The position numbers and the translations under genes were made by a program. Positions 46,402 to 58,500 of a stretch of 64,000 nt of DNA are shown here, one piece after another. Source of the DNA: a virus (Duplodnaviria; Caudoviricetes); the IMG/VR virus record IMGVR_UViG_3300032233_001500, positions 1 to 64,000 of that record; one strand, 5' to 3'. The notes beneath the pieces are model-generated. The model worked only from the letters and a program-made list of their open reading frames with translations. It did not search any database and had not been told where the DNA came from. Each line of letters starts with the position of its first letter. The stretch's first letter is position 1.

Positions 46402-49400
46402 TTATGCAGTTGCGATAACTCTAAGATTTTTTATTTGTGGGACAAATGATGAATTTGTACCAGTCATATGAATTTTAATTTGGAAAAGAGTAAATTGTGG
46501 CAATTTATTTGCAGTAAATTCATAGGATCCAAAATCAATTACGCTATTAGATGATGTTACCAATCTATCTGGTTTACCATTATTATTAGCTGGATTTACA
46601 ACATTTCCATTTATATCAAGATTATCATATCCTGGGAAAGGTTGCCATAATGCAGAAGAAATATCTACTCCATCAGGTCTTACAGTTCTATAAAGAACTC
46701 TAATATCTGAAGTTGAGTGTCTATAAGCGTCAAACAATACTTTTAATGTATCTGATGCTTTTTCTAACTGTACAATTCTAGTAATATAAACTGCTGCAGT
46801 GGGATCGCCAGATAATAGATTTACTCTATAATCGGTTGCATAATTAGTAATTGGAGAATTAATTCTATTTGAAACTGTAATTAAACTGACTCTATGTAAA
46901 TCTATGATAGGACTTACTTTTGGATCAGTGGTATTCATAACAACTTCCATAGTAAATGATTTATTACCAGGATAGTTTGTTAGATTTGTAAGTTCATTGA
47001 CTTTTGAACAAATTATTCTTGGAGAAGAAAGATAATTATTTGAATTTAAAGAAATATCTTCAAATCCTTGGTCAATGAATGGGGTTATACTACTATTTGG
47101 TGTTGATCCAGAAAATGTTCTAATCTGTGCATTGATTGAAGTACCTTCTGGCAATAATGTTTGTATATTTGGTCTTACTATATTAAATGGAATATTTTGT
47201 GTTGCTCTAGGTCCTACACCAACAAGTCGTACAACATCGTAAGAACCACAAGATTTACTTTGTCTAAAATAGAGTTCTGGTAAACTTACATTCGTTGATG
47301 TTCTATCTGTTCCATTTTTAGTCATATCAAGTTTAATTGTATATGCATCCAATTCTATTGGATAAGTACTCAAATCAGTTCTAGAGAAATTATGTGTTGT
47401 ATTAATTCTTCTCAATGAAACTCCATTTAATTCATATTTGTATATTGGATCTCCAGATGAATATGAATTTGCAAAGGTTCCGTCTATTTTTCTTGTAATT
47501 CCAGATAATACGTAACCACTAATAGTTGTATACCCAACAACCTCAGAACCAACTAAAACATATCCAGTATTAGCTGCACTTACTGGTTGATTTTCAAAAC
47601 TAGTGAATATTCCAACAGAAGATACAGTTATTCCTGAAGTAGATGAAGAATTTAAATCTGCATTAAGAGTTTCTGGTTTTTGGTCTGGTTTAATTCCAGA
47701 AAGAGTTACATTATCATTACTTGAATACATTCCGTGATTGGTATGAGATACACGGAAATGTAATCCATCTCGAATTGTACTGACAGATGTTATTGTAGAT
47801 ACTCCCAAAGTCGTTGTTCCTGCAGAACCAACATAATATAGATAACCAGAAGAATTAACTATTGGATTTCCTTGAACGTTTGTTATCAATAATGAACTAA
47901 ATTTATCAATTACGCCTACAGTATTTGGAATTGATAGAATTAAACTATTTCCCAAATTATCAGTATCTGAACCATAATTTACAGTAAACGTATCACCATA
48001 AGTGTACCCAGTACCCCCAACAGAAACTGTTGCCGCTATAGCTACGCCATTCTGAACACTAAGATTTACTTTTGCACCAGATCCATTTCCACTTAGAGTT
48101 ACCAAACTAATATTGGAATAAGTTCTAAATCCAGCAGTGAATCCAGCTCCTGCAGAAGAAAGAATTAATGTACTATTAATTCCAATTGATCCAGAAACAC
48201 TTTGAACAGATCCTTGGAATAGGGAATTATTCAACTGCAATACTGTGGCTCCATTTGTCAAATCACTAACTTGAGTAGATGTAAGACTATTTGCAATACC
48301 TACTATAAGTCTTCTGGAATAGGTATCCAGAGGATTAACTCCTAGAGTAACAACTTGTCTATTACCGATATTGAGATCTGGGTTATAAAATCTAACTGAA
48401 CTTGCACCAGTATAGAAATTTGCTCTATAAAGAGTCATTTTCAAATCTTCTAGCTGACTTGGATCCCAAGTTGCACCATTTTGTGATTTAAATAGTGAAC
48501 CTAACAGTGGTTGTTGAGAAACAATAATTTTTTGGGCTTCAATTTTATTAACAGTAGTTACATCTTCTTCACCCATTCTCGAAATGAATACTCTATACTC
48601 GTCCGATGCAGAAAGGAGAACAACTGCATACTGTTTGCTACCTTGTAAGTAAACTGGTGATTCAAAGGTAAATGTAGTTGCTAGAGATCCATCTGACGAA
48701 GTGTTAACTTTAGATGGATCCAGAACTACTTCACCAAAAGGCAAAATTGTCTGTGTGGGGAATCCAGTTGATAAGGTTCTCAATTGCATTGTAATTGGAA
48801 GACCTTTAGTATCTTTTGTAGAGAAAAATACATCACATTTTGTAATAAAAACACCATTTGTATCCGGAACTTCAAATGATTCTGCCAATGGATCTACCCA
48901 CCTAGTCTGAACAGTAGATCTATCAATCCTGGAGGTACTTGCAACAGTTTCCGTTTTTGTGTTGGAAATTGTTTTTTCATCTGTTTTAATGGATCTTTCT
49001 ATTTGTGCATTTCGGATACGGAGAGTTGTCTCCTCTATATTTTGTAAAGTACCTGCAGAAGTGAATTTTGTTTCTGCAGTACTATCAGTTGCACCAGAAA
49101 TAGTAATGTTTGTGCTGCTGGTTGTTAATGTAAAAGTTTTTTCTCCTGTAGTGAATTTTGGAGTTGATGTAAGTTTTGGATCTGGAAGGAACAATGATCC
49201 TACCAAAGTACCAGAAACATCAGTAATCAATCTTAGATTTGATATTGTAGCTACAGCCCCACTAGATTTGCCAACAAGTTTCATTCCACTTACAACATAT
49301 CCATAAAATGTAGAAGCAACTTGTAGTTCTAAACTAGCTGTATCAACATTTAATATTGATGATGTACTCGAATATACACTAGGCATACTTTCCGTTGGAT

Positions 49401-52400
49401 TGTATGGATTTTCTACAAAAACTTCAATAGCTTGGTTATATGGACCATATTTGTGATTTGATGAAGCCAATCTAAATGAAATTGATGCAGACCCTAGATT
49501 ACCAACAATATTTTCACCAACAGTAAATGTCCCAGAATTCATTGTCACTTCCAATAATTTTGGAACAATGTAAGGATTTACATTGATATTATCAAAAAAT
49601 CCATATAATTGTGTTTTTGGTTTTAATCTTTTAGCAACAAATTCAATATTTCTAGATCTCATTGTGTGAATGAGATCATTAGAGACTACTTTATTTCCCA
49701 GATTTACTGAATCATATTTTTCAGAAACTTTATATTGAATTCCCTCTCTAGATTGTTTTTGGGTAGTTAGTGTTGTTACATTATTGAAATTGGTATAAGT
49801 ATCTTTAAAACTAGTTACCGTTGCTTCCTCAGCCCATTGGCCACGAGGTCTTCTTCTATCAAAATTACCAGTTCTATATGTAGATTGTCCTGTCTGTTCA
49901 GTAGAGACTAATATGGATCCCATATTATTTCTACCAATCTCTTGTTTTCCGGTCCAGGTAGTTTCCCAAGAACCCCAATCAATTGGAGAAAGTCCAGTAT
50001 TAGAGTCTACTCCCAATTGTTGAATAGCTGTGTTATAAGAACCTTCTTCGTCTACGGTTTTTTTCGAAAGAGATGTTTCAATCCAAGTATCACTAGAAGG
50101 ACTTAAATTAATTACACCAATCCAATTTACAACATTAAATGGATTTACATTTTCGGTTCTTGTTGCAAATTTATTTTGCAAAAATACGGTATCAGTATAT
50201 TTTAAGCAAAGTACATCACCAACTTTAACGCTATTTGGACTTCCCAGTTGAGTTACGAATCTATAATCAGCATCTGGATTTGATACGGAGTTTATTCCAC
50301 TAACAACCTCGGAACCCAATAGAAGATCTATCCCAGCAGTATATGGTTGTGGTCTCAGGGTTCCATTGGTGGTATCTATACTACAATTAAAATCTGGATT
50401 CGATATATCTCCATTTAAAGTAGATTTGAAGTTATCTACGAAGAAACCAGATTTGAATTTATTCAAACCAGTAACCGAATCCCTTATAGTCAAGTTTTTT
50501 GTATCAGTTTCTAACAAAGAAAGGGAAGTATATTTTTCAACATTTTGCAATCTATCTTCCAACTTGGAAATATCTTGCATTCTATATCTTTTATGTGAAG
50601 AAAGTTGGACGGAAATGCTATCCGCAAAATGTACATAAGGTGGTAATGTAAATGTACCAATTTCCAAAGCTGTTTCAATATTATCTGGTAATTTTGGTGT
50701 TAGGGATGGAGTCCCCTTATTTACAAAAAATTGTCCGTTTTGATTTACATATAATCTATCAATCCTTCCAAGATAGTATGAATAGGATAATATAATTTGA
50801 CTATCTTTAGAAATAATATGTGGAGTATTGTTTGTGGTGGAATCATACTTTCTTCCATAATATTCAAAAGGAGAATATGGATTTGTTGAAGAATTGTATG
50901 GCAATACCCTAGGTCTAAGGTCAATGACATCTGTTGCAAGTAAAGAATCCACTTCCAAAACATCTTGACTAATTCTGTCTTGATCGAAAGAAGTTACAGC
51001 TACAAAATCACCAGAATCACTAGAATCGATAGTATAATTTTGGTAGATTATTGTCAATCTTCTACTTGGTGCAGTTACTCCTTCTTTTCTCTTTAGGTAA
51101 GAATAGTCAGCAATTTCGGAAGTAGATCCACTATAGAATATAAAATCATTTTTAATATCTCTATCACCATTTGTAAATAAAACTACAGTTCCAGATACTT
51201 TAGATTCTTGGAAAATAACTTTTTCGCCAGGAATGAAAATATTTTCATTTGAATAGATGAAGGTAACCGTATTTGTGGTATTATTTGATATCAATAATCC
51301 TACGGCATTACTAGATTGGCCAATTATTAATTCTCCATTTATTGAATTGAGAATATTGGTATTTAAATTTGTAAGTTGTAATTTTGGTAATTCTGGATCA
51401 CTCGATGTTGAAGATTCGAAAACGCTAAGAACTCTCAGAACATCAGGAACATTCAAACATATTTGATTATCTTGAACTCTAGTTCCATAGATACTACTAT
51501 ATGTCAATCCATCATTTAATGATGTACTTCCAGTACCAGAAGTAACTTTAGATGATAAATTAACCGACAAAACATTTGCTCTTTGGAAAGTTTTCTTTCT
51601 TGTTTTTAAATTTTTCTTTCTTAGAGTAGCTGTTAATGTAACATTTGAATCACTAGATTTATTTAAATTTGATAGAATAATAGTTCTAGGATCTCCTGTT
51701 GGTTTCGAAATATTCTGAGATGTCAATGGTTGTATAGTGCCATCAGAATATACTAGATTAAATCCTTCTATAGAATATGGTTCTATACTATAATTACTAT
51801 CGGTTTCTAGAGTTTTGGTCGCAGAATATGAACTAACAGTACTAATTCCATAAGATTTTCTGACAACTAACTCCGAACTAGTTAGATCTAATGAGGAAAT
51901 ATAATTTTTTTCGTATTCCGCATACAAATAAGAATCTTTATTATTAAGTATTTGTGGAACAACTATAGACATTCCAGTAACCGTTATGGAAGAACTTGGT
52001 AAACTTCCACTATTAACACCAACTACGGACGTTGTTGCAGCCAGAGTTATAGTTTTTGCAGTTGTATTGACGTTCGTTACTATATTATAAGTAGGTAGAG
52101 TTTCCACTGGTTTTGTGTAAGCTACAATATCTCCAGTAGAAATACCAGCACCAAAATTATTATAAGAATTGGTAACAATTCCAGATGAATTTATTGAAAA
52201 TGTTGATCCAGTAGGAGCTAAATTTAAATATCCATTTAAAACAACGTCTGCAGTAAATGTATTTGTGACGCCAACCACTTGACAAATATCTTGTAATGAA
52301 TAATCACGTACTGACGTTATGATTCTGGAATTCAATTCTCCATTTATTTTTATTGTTTCATTTTGGGAAAAAGTTCCAGAAACTTGATATAAAACTAATT

Positions 52401-53913
52401 GATTACTATTTGAAACACTTTTAGATAAGTATCCATATGCACTACTATTTTGTCCCTCAATAAAAGCAGGAGCATTTAAAGTAATAGTAGAATTTAAATT
52501 CACATAGGTATATGTTTGGATATCAAATAAAGACAGATTAAATACGCTGCTTGAATTTGTATAGATTGAATTTTCTATTCTTAGATCATATGATCTAGCA
52601 AGACCAATTTCCAATCCAGAAGAACTTCCAGGAGTTACCGTTCTTGCAGAGAATAGTTTTACAGTAGTTCCATACCCAATAGTTAATGGGCCATAAACAT
52701 TATTGACTTGAAGTTGATTTCCAAGAGAAAAAGATATGTAAGAATTATTTGAAGTATCTGTAGTTCTTGGTTTTTCTAAATCTAAATTTATTGTATTAAG
52801 AGTTTCTACTTCATAACCACGGACATATGCCTTTCCTGGAGATATTTGTACAGACAATAACTCTTTAGAGGGGACATTGCCTTGTTTTGTTAATTGATTT
52901 GAAATATATACGCCATTATTTCCTACTCCATCATTCAATGATTCTTTTATCTCAACCTTAAATGGAAGAACATAATAATCCCCAGCTTCATCATAAGTTC
53001 TTCTTGCTAACTCATTTCTAATTAAATTTGGAGAATCATCTCCAGGTTTTGGGAAAACTTGCTTAACACCGTCAACCAATCTCATTAATTCAATGAAATT
53101 TTCATCATTGAAATCGGTAAGAGATTTTTTAACCAAAGATGCCGATATTTTTAATCTATCTGCACCAGGAGCTGCAAAGTTGGAAAATCCTCTAGCATTA
53201 TCATATAAATCTGGATTCTCTTGAGAAGCAACAGCAATGGTTTCATCTATAGACAATCCAACCCTATATGAAGGTAAATTTGTATATTGATCTAAAATTA
53301 AAGATTGTGTAAATACATCAACAAAAAATCCTCTAATAAAGTATACACCTGTTTCAATTTTAGCGGAGGAACCAGTTGCAGCAGATTTGGATATAATTGT
53401 TGTTGCAAAAGTGGAATTTGATTTTATTGTAGACAATGAATATGAAATATCAGTAAGAGTTATTAAATTCTCACCATCTACAAATGTTTTTGTTGAAAAA
53501 TCATTTTCACTGGCACTTATATACTTTACATATAAAGTATAGTTACCTCTTTCGGATTGGTCACTAGTTATATAATTTTCTACCTTTGCAGTAACCCCAC
53601 TCGTTTCACCCTTAATTATACTACCTACAATACTATCAATATAATAAGATACCGAAATTCCCAAATGACTTGGATCTATTTGTATGCACGAATATTCTGG
53701 ATCATATGCAATATTTCCTGGGATAACAACAGATCCCTCTTTGAAAAAATGTTTACCAAACTTTTCAACTTGATTTTGTAATATAGATTGTAGAGTCGTA
53801 AGTTCTCTAGCTTGGATTGGAGTTCCTGGTTTAAATAATACTCTTTGATAATTTTTTGTTACATCAAAATCATCAAAATATGGAGATGTATTTAGATTGG
53901 TATTTTGTGCCAT
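46402..53913 (-). CDS. 2503-aa DUF4815 / VrlC-type virion structural protein
   Basis: N-term TNLNTSPYFDDF..KNYQRVLFKPG.PIQARELTTLQSILQNQ; LARRTYDEAGDY; KRYRMQDISKLEDR; FKSGFFVDNF; DPLAESF; GSLFKSQN..TW. Confidence 0.85.
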   Translation of the reverse strand: MAQNTNLNTSPYFDDFDVTKNYQRVLFKPGTPIQARELTTLQSILQNQVEKFGKHFFKEGSVVIPGNIAYDPEYSCIQIDPSHLGISVSYYIDSIVGSIIKGETSGVTAKVENYITSDQSERGNYTLYVKYISASENDFSTKTFVDGENLITLTDISYSLSTIKSNSTFATTIISKSAATGSSAKIETGVYFIRGFFVDVFTQSLILDQYTNLPSYRVGLSIDETIAVASQENPDLYDNARGFSNFAAPGADRLKISASLVKKSLTDFNDENFIELMRLVDGVKQVFPKPGDDSPNLIRNELARRTYDEAGDYYVLPFKVEIKESLNDGVGNNGVYISNQLTKQGNVPSKELLSVQISPGKAYVRGYEVETLNTINLDLEKPRTTDTSNNSYISFSLGNQLQVNNVYGPLTIGYGTTVKLFSARTVTPGSSSGLEIGLARSYDLRIENSIYTNSSSVFNLSLFDIQTYTYVNLNSTITLNAPAFIEGQNSSAYGYLSKSVSNSNQLVLYQVSGTFSQNETIKINGELNSRIITSVRDYSLQDICQVVGVTNTFTADVVLNGYLNLAPTGSTFSINSSGIVTNSYNNFGAGISTGDIVAYTKPVETLPTYNIVTNVNTTAKTITLAATTSVVGVNSGSLPSSSITVTGMSIVVPQILNNKDSYLYAEYEKNYISSLDLTSSELVVRKSYGISTVSSYSATKTLETDSNYSIEPYSIEGFNLVYSDGTIQPLTSQNISKPTGDPRTIILSNLNKSSDSNVTLTATLRKKNLKTRKKTFQRANVLSVNLSSKVTSGTGSTSLNDGLTYSSIYGTRVQDNQICLNVPDVLRVLSVFESSTSSDPELPKLQLTNLNTNILNSINGELIIGQSSNAVGLLISNNTTNTVTFIYSNENIFIPGEKVIFQESKVSGTVVLFTNGDRDIKNDFIFYSGSTSEIADYSYLKRKEGVTAPSRRLTIIYQNYTIDSSDSGDFVAVTSFDQDRISQDVLEVDSLLATDVIDLRPRVLPYNSSTNPYSPFEYYGRKYDSTTNNTPHIISKDSQIILSYSYYLGRIDRLYVNQNGQFFVNKGTPSLTPKLPDNIETALEIGTFTLPPYVHFADSISVQLSSHKRYRMQDISKLEDRLQNVEKYTSLSLLETDTKNLTIRDSVTGLNKFKSGFFVDNFKSTLNGDISNPDFNCSIDTTNGTLRPQPYTAGIDLLLGSEVVSGINSVSNPDADYRFVTQLGSPNSVKVGDVLCLKYTDTVFLQNKFATRTENVNPFNVVNWIGVINLSPSSDTWIETSLSKKTVDEEGSYNTAIQQLGVDSNTGLSPIDWGSWETTWTGKQEIGRNNMGSILVSTEQTGQSTYRTGNFDRRRPRGQWAEEATVTSFKDTYTNFNNVTTLTTQKQSREGIQYKVSEKYDSVNLGNKVVSNDLIHTMRSRNIEFVAKRLKPKTQLYGFFDNINVNPYIVPKLLEVTMNSGTFTVGENIVGNLGSASISFRLASSNHKYGPYNQAIEVFVENPYNPTESMPSVYSSTSSILNVDTASLELQVASTFYGYVVSGMKLVGKSSGAVATISNLRLITDVSGTLVGSLFLPDPKLTSTPKFTTGEKTFTLTTSSTNITISGATDSTAETKFTSAGTLQNIEETTLRIRNAQIERSIKTDEKTISNTKTETVASTSRIDRSTVQTRWVDPLAESFEVPDTNGVFITKCDVFFSTKDTKGLPITMQLRTLSTGFPTQTILPFGEVVLDPSKVNTSSDGSLATTFTFESPVYLQGSKQYAVVLLSASDEYRVFISRMGEEDVTTVNKIEAQKIIVSQQPLLGSLFKSQNGATWDPSQLEDLKMTLYRANFYTGASSVRFYNPDLNIGNRQVVTLGVNPLDTYSRRLIVGIANSLTSTQVSDLTNGATVLQLNNSLFQGSVQSVSGSIGINSTLILSSAGAGFTAGFRTYSNISLVTLSGNGSGAKVNLSVQNGVAIAATVSVGGTGYTYGDTFTVNYGSDTDNLGNSLILSIPNTVGVIDKFSSLLITNVQGNPIVNSSGYLYYVGSAGTTTLGVSTITSVSTIRDGLHFRVSHTNHGMYSSNDNVTLSGIKPDQKPETLNADLNSSSTSGITVSSVGIFTSFENQPVSAANTGYVLVGSEVVGYTTISGYVLSGITRKIDGTFANSYSSGDPIYKYELNGVSLRRINTTHNFSRTDLSTYPIELDAYTIKLDMTKNGTDRTSTNVSLPELYFRQSKSCGSYDVVRLVGVGPRATQNIPFNIVRPNIQTLLPEGTSINAQIRTFSGSTPNSSITPFIDQGFEDISLNSNNYLSSPRIICSKVNELTNLTNYPGNKSFTMEVVMNTTDPKVSPIIDLHRVSLITVSNRINSPITNYATDYRVNLLSGDPTAAVYITRIVQLEKASDTLKVLFDAYRHSTSDIRVLYRTVRPDGVDISSALWQPFPGYDNLDINGNVVNPANNNGKPDRLVTSSNSVIDFGSYEFTANKLPQFTLFQIKIHMTGTNSSFVPQIKNLRVIATA

Positions 53914-53919
53914 TTTGAT

Positions 53920-55515
53920 TTAGAACTCCAGGACAATTTTAATATCTTCTTTTTGACTCGCAGATCTAGGAATTGGAACTCTGTTATCTATGTAGATGAT
54001 ATCTCCAGATTTTTTGTTATATTCAGCAGAAGAAATTCCAGCAGAAAAATTGAGACCCAATGAATAACTAGTATTATTTATTGTGGTAGAAATACCATTA
54101 AAATTTGTATTGATGGATAAAGCAGGACCAACAATTGAGGAACAATTAATTGTTAATCCATATCCAACATCTGGATTGGATGTAAATGGAACTATCTTAT
54201 ATCCAGTTGCACTTGAAGCAGCTCCTGCAGTTTGATAATACTTCAGAACTCCAGTAACTGGATCCCAAGATGCAACAAATCCAATTGCAGTAGAACCAAA
54301 TCCGACATTTTGAGTAATTTTTGAATCTAAAGCATAAGTTGTATTTGTAGTAACTCCAGATAACTTTAATCCAGGCAATCCACTGACAACAGAGGTATTC
54401 AATAATTGATTATTACTTCCGAGTATAGTTGGATTTCTCATAATTCCAACCCTAGCAAAATCATTACTTAAAATAATATCGGGATTTTGCGAATCTGTTG
54501 CATATCTTGAATATAAAAGAACTCTATAAGCTCCCAATTCTCTATAAATGTTATATCCATGGCCACCTTTTGGTGGAATTATAACTTTGAATTGTGCCTG
54601 AGAGGTACTGCCAACTCCGGTATTGTTTAATTTACTTATTACTCCATTGAGTTCTGATCCAGGAGCTCCTGGATAAAATTGTATTGTTCCAAATGTATAA
54701 TCTTTTCCACCATCAGTAACAAAAACTTCAGATACTTTTCCAAATGAATCAATTGTTATTGTTGCTTTTCCTCCTGTACCATCACCAAGAATTGGGACAT
54801 TTGAAAAAGAAGTAGATAATGGTTGGTAATTTGAACCTCTATTATCAATCAAAACTACTTCAATTTTTCCGTCAATAGCATTATTTTTTAGTGAAATGCT
54901 TTCACCACTCACTCCCCAATCATTTGGAACTGGTATATAATCAATTGAATCAAATTTAATAATTTCCGATGGTTTAATTGTATAAAGATATTTCCAAATA
55001 TATCCATCTCCACTAGTTCCAGCAGTTCTTGGTTCCAAATCAACAAACGTTGGTTGATCGTATGAAGGCCTTCCTTTTGGATTTTCTGGGTCAGTTCCAT
55101 TATTTAAACAAATATAAACACGAAAATCTTCATTAACCACATAATAATTACATTCATATAAACCAGTCTGGCCAGTTACTGGTGTTGGGTTGTAAACACT
55201 ATAATCGTGTCTGTACATTTCATAAGCATTTCCAGCAACCCAGGTAACTTTTCTAGCCAATCTTCTGACACTATCAGAAGATATTTGTTGCATAGCAATA
55301 ATACTTTCTTTTATTTGACTCTCTTCTTTAAATCCATCCAAAGGTGGTGGTGTAATAGTTGCCCAAGTTGGAGATCCACCAGCTTCCAGACTCAGTGCAT
55401 TTGGCAATCCAATGAAAGTATAATAAGTATTTGATGTATCAGCCGCTCCGGTAACACTTTTTACAAAGTTTTCGGCATTTAGTATTCTAAACTGATCTGA
55501 TATGATAGCAGGCAT
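53920..55515 (-). CDS. gp8: Baseplate wedge subunit
   Basis: MPAIISDQFRILNAENFV, RKVTWVAGNAYEMYRHDY, FRVYICLNNG, DGYIWKYLYTI, IIPPKGGHG, EDIKIVLEF. Confidence 0.9.
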   Translation of the reverse strand: MPAIISDQFRILNAENFVKSVTGAADTSNTYYTFIGLPNALSLEAGGSPTWATITPPPLDGFKEESQIKESIIAMQQISSDSVRRLARKVTWVAGNAYEMYRHDYSVYNPTPVTGQTGLYECNYYVVNEDFRVYICLNNGTDPENPKGRPSYDQPTFVDLEPRTAGTSGDGYIWKYLYTIKPSEIIKFDSIDYIPVPNDWGVSGESISLKNNAIDGKIEVVLIDNRGSNYQPLSTSFSNVPILGDGTGGKATITIDSFGKVSEVFVTDGGKDYTFGTIQFYPGAPGSELNGVISKLNNTGVGSTSQAQFKVIIPPKGGHGYNIYRELGAYRVLLYSRYATDSQNPDIILSNDFARVGIMRNPTILGSNNQLLNTSVVSGLPGLKLSGVTTNTTYALDSKITQNVGFGSTAIGFVASWDPVTGVLKYYQTAGAASSATGYKIVPFTSNPDVGYGLTINCSSIVGPALSINTNFNGISTTINNTSYSLGLNFSAGISSAEYNKKSGDIIYIDNRVPIPRSASQKEDIKIVLEF

Positions 55516-55537
55516 TTTAAATTTATACTTTTCCTTT

Positions 55538-55544
55538 TATTTAG
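55538..55544 (-). promoter_or_regulatory. Late promoter variant CTAAATA overlapping the gp7-like stop
   Basis: - strand AAC TAA ATA, 22 nt upstream of the gp8 ATG. Confidence 0.6.
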
Positions 55545-58500
55545 TTACTTAATAGACCCTTTGTTCTAATAACTTTAGGTGAAGTAGTTATTCCAGATAA
55601 TCCGCCATCGTTATAAACACTAAAACTTTGTGGAATTCCTAAAGATCTATTTTGATAATCATAAATTACACCCCAACTATATCTACCATAAAATCCACTA
55701 GTATTGATACCAGTATTATTTGATCCTCTAGCATAAACTTGAACATAATTTTCTGTTGAGGATTTTGGAGCAAAATTGCAAGTAACTGTTACTATTCCAA
55801 GAACGGCATTTCCAGAAGTTACACTTTCCACTTTATAAACACCATCAATAAATGAAACAGCCGTACCAACTTTTGAATTTGGGTAATTTGACATCCCCCC
55901 AAGAGTAGTTGTAATTCCTGTCAATGCGTGACCAACAGCAACATTACTATCTTTAATAATGAAATAATCCCCTACCTGCATCTGAGGGTATAATACGCCA
56001 AAAGAATTCAATGAAGAATATCCAATACCAAGTCCATTGTCATAATATTCAGATTTTAAGACAAACTCTATTTTTGGAGTAGTTGTTCCAATTCCTGGTG
56101 TTCCAGTTACAAAAGTAGTAACTCCTATAATAGTACCAAAATCACCTTTTGCTTTTATTGATTTAATTGTTTCCTTTTTAAATACATCTTGTTCAATAAT
56201 AAATGGAGGAGGAGAATTTTGATCATATCCAAATCCACCATCAGTCATAACTATTGAAGTTACTATTCCACCAGAAACAAAAGCTGTTCCTGTTGCTTGG
56301 TGATATACTGGAGTTGATAATACACAAGTACCTCCATATCCAACAAAAACGTAAGTTCCATCATATCCCAAAGAAGGAAGGCTTATTACATCTTTTATTA
56401 GATTCAATTGATTGGTACTCCTGTATATCCAATTACTGAGATCAAAAGAATAATAAAGGTCTCCAGTAGAAGTTATTGCTACATAAAGTCCATCAGTATA
56501 GTCTATAGTTGTAAAATTAACAGAAACATTTGTAGTAATCAGAGTATACGTGGATTTGGAACTAGATATCGCAACAACTCCACTATTTCCTACTATAATA
56601 AATTTATTATTGACATATACTACTTTATTAAGATCACTGCCGGTGAATGATTGTTCAATATCCCAGATTAAACCATTACTAGAAGTAAGTACAGTTCCAT
56701 ATTTACCAACAGCAACGAAGTATCCTGATGTTTGAGTGGAAGAGAAATCAACACTATTCAAATCATTCAAAGTCTGAGAATATCTACTTCTAAAATAATC
56801 CGTTCCTATACCCATTCCTGCAAATATAGATCCTCCTGTACCAACGGTAACAAAGGTATCATATGAATTTCCATAAGCAACATCAGTTAAAGTTCCATTG
56901 TATGAAGTCAAATTCTTACCAATAGGTCCAAGACCAGGCAATATTATTTCTTCATAAAGAGGAATTTGCGACCAAGAAGATATTGTAGAAGAATAACCGG
57001 TAGATTTTGTAACAAAAGCAGAACTACCAACAGATACTAACATTGATGTAGTTCCTAATCCAACAGAAGTAATTGCATTAAAGTTTATGGTAGATCCATA
57101 TCCCAAAGAAGAACTAATCCAATTTTGACCATCAATACTTGTTACTAAAGCTGAAGAATTACCTACTCCAACAAATAGATTTGAATATGAAATTGCATTT
57201 ATTTGATAAGTGGTTGGAATTCCATTAGAATACTGCCAATTGTATATTGGATCTTTTCTCTTTATATAAGATTTTGAAAATACAATTTTTGGAGAAGATG
57301 TGTAAGCATATCCAACTCCAGGATAAGTTATAATTGGGTTATAAACTGTGGATGCCGAAGATACTACACTTAATCCATATGCACCATCAATATCTTTATT
57401 TTCAGTAATCAAAATTTCACATAGATCCTCACCTAATCCATCCACATCAGTAAATATTGGATAAGCATTATCCACATAAACTTGTATATCTGTGGGTGTA
57501 ACTGGTTTGATGAGAGTTGCAGTGGGTTTTATGGTACTCTTTAAAGTAGGTCTCTCTTTTGAGTATAAAACTCCATTAATAACTTTATCATTTGTTTGTT
57601 TTTTATAAGATAACGGTCTAATATCAGTATTATCAGTATTAATACCAACACTACTATATGGGAATGTTTTAAATGAATCAGCAGTAGTTAGATTTTTAAT
57701 TACTCTACCGAGTTGGTCAGTATCATAGACATTAGTAATATTTTTCCCAATTACTATTTCATCACCGACCTTTATTAGTTGTGGTGGATCTACCAGAACA
57801 ACATCGAGAGAAGATCCTCTATAGTAAAGGATTGTGCAACTAGAATTTGGTTTTGGAGCCTCAGTAAATACAATTCTAGTTCCTTGTATAGAATATGCAT
57901 AATTTGGAACTTGTAATATATCATTTACAAAAATTATAAAATTATTAGAAATATCCAAATCCGAACCATCTAAGGTTTTAAGTCCTAGAGGTTGTATTAC
58001 TCCATCAATATTTACATTTAAATCAAATTTCCTTTTACCTCCATCAAATTGATTGGAAATATTTTCAAAAATAAGAAATTGCCCTAGATAGAAACCAGAG
58101 AATTTATCCGTTTCGACCTCTTGGACTGTAAGTGTAAATGTACTAAATGCCGCACCAACTGATGGATTAGTAGTAATTCCTGGAGCATATAAGGTATCAC
58201 CAGATTTATATCCAGTACCAGGATCATCGATATAAAATCCAATGACACTAGAACCTTGTCCAACTGATACTGAAATTTTAGCTCCTTGACCAACTCCAGA
58301 TGCTCCCGTATAAGAAACACCAATATTACTATATGATGTAGGTATTCCAATTACAACATCTGGAACTGAGGTTGTAGTGTATCCAGAACCAGGATTAACA
58401 ATTGTCAATCCAGTGATTGTACCACTAGTCCCAACTATTGCTGTTATGCTAGCTCCAGATCCAATTGGAGATATTACATTTATTGATGGAATACTACCAT

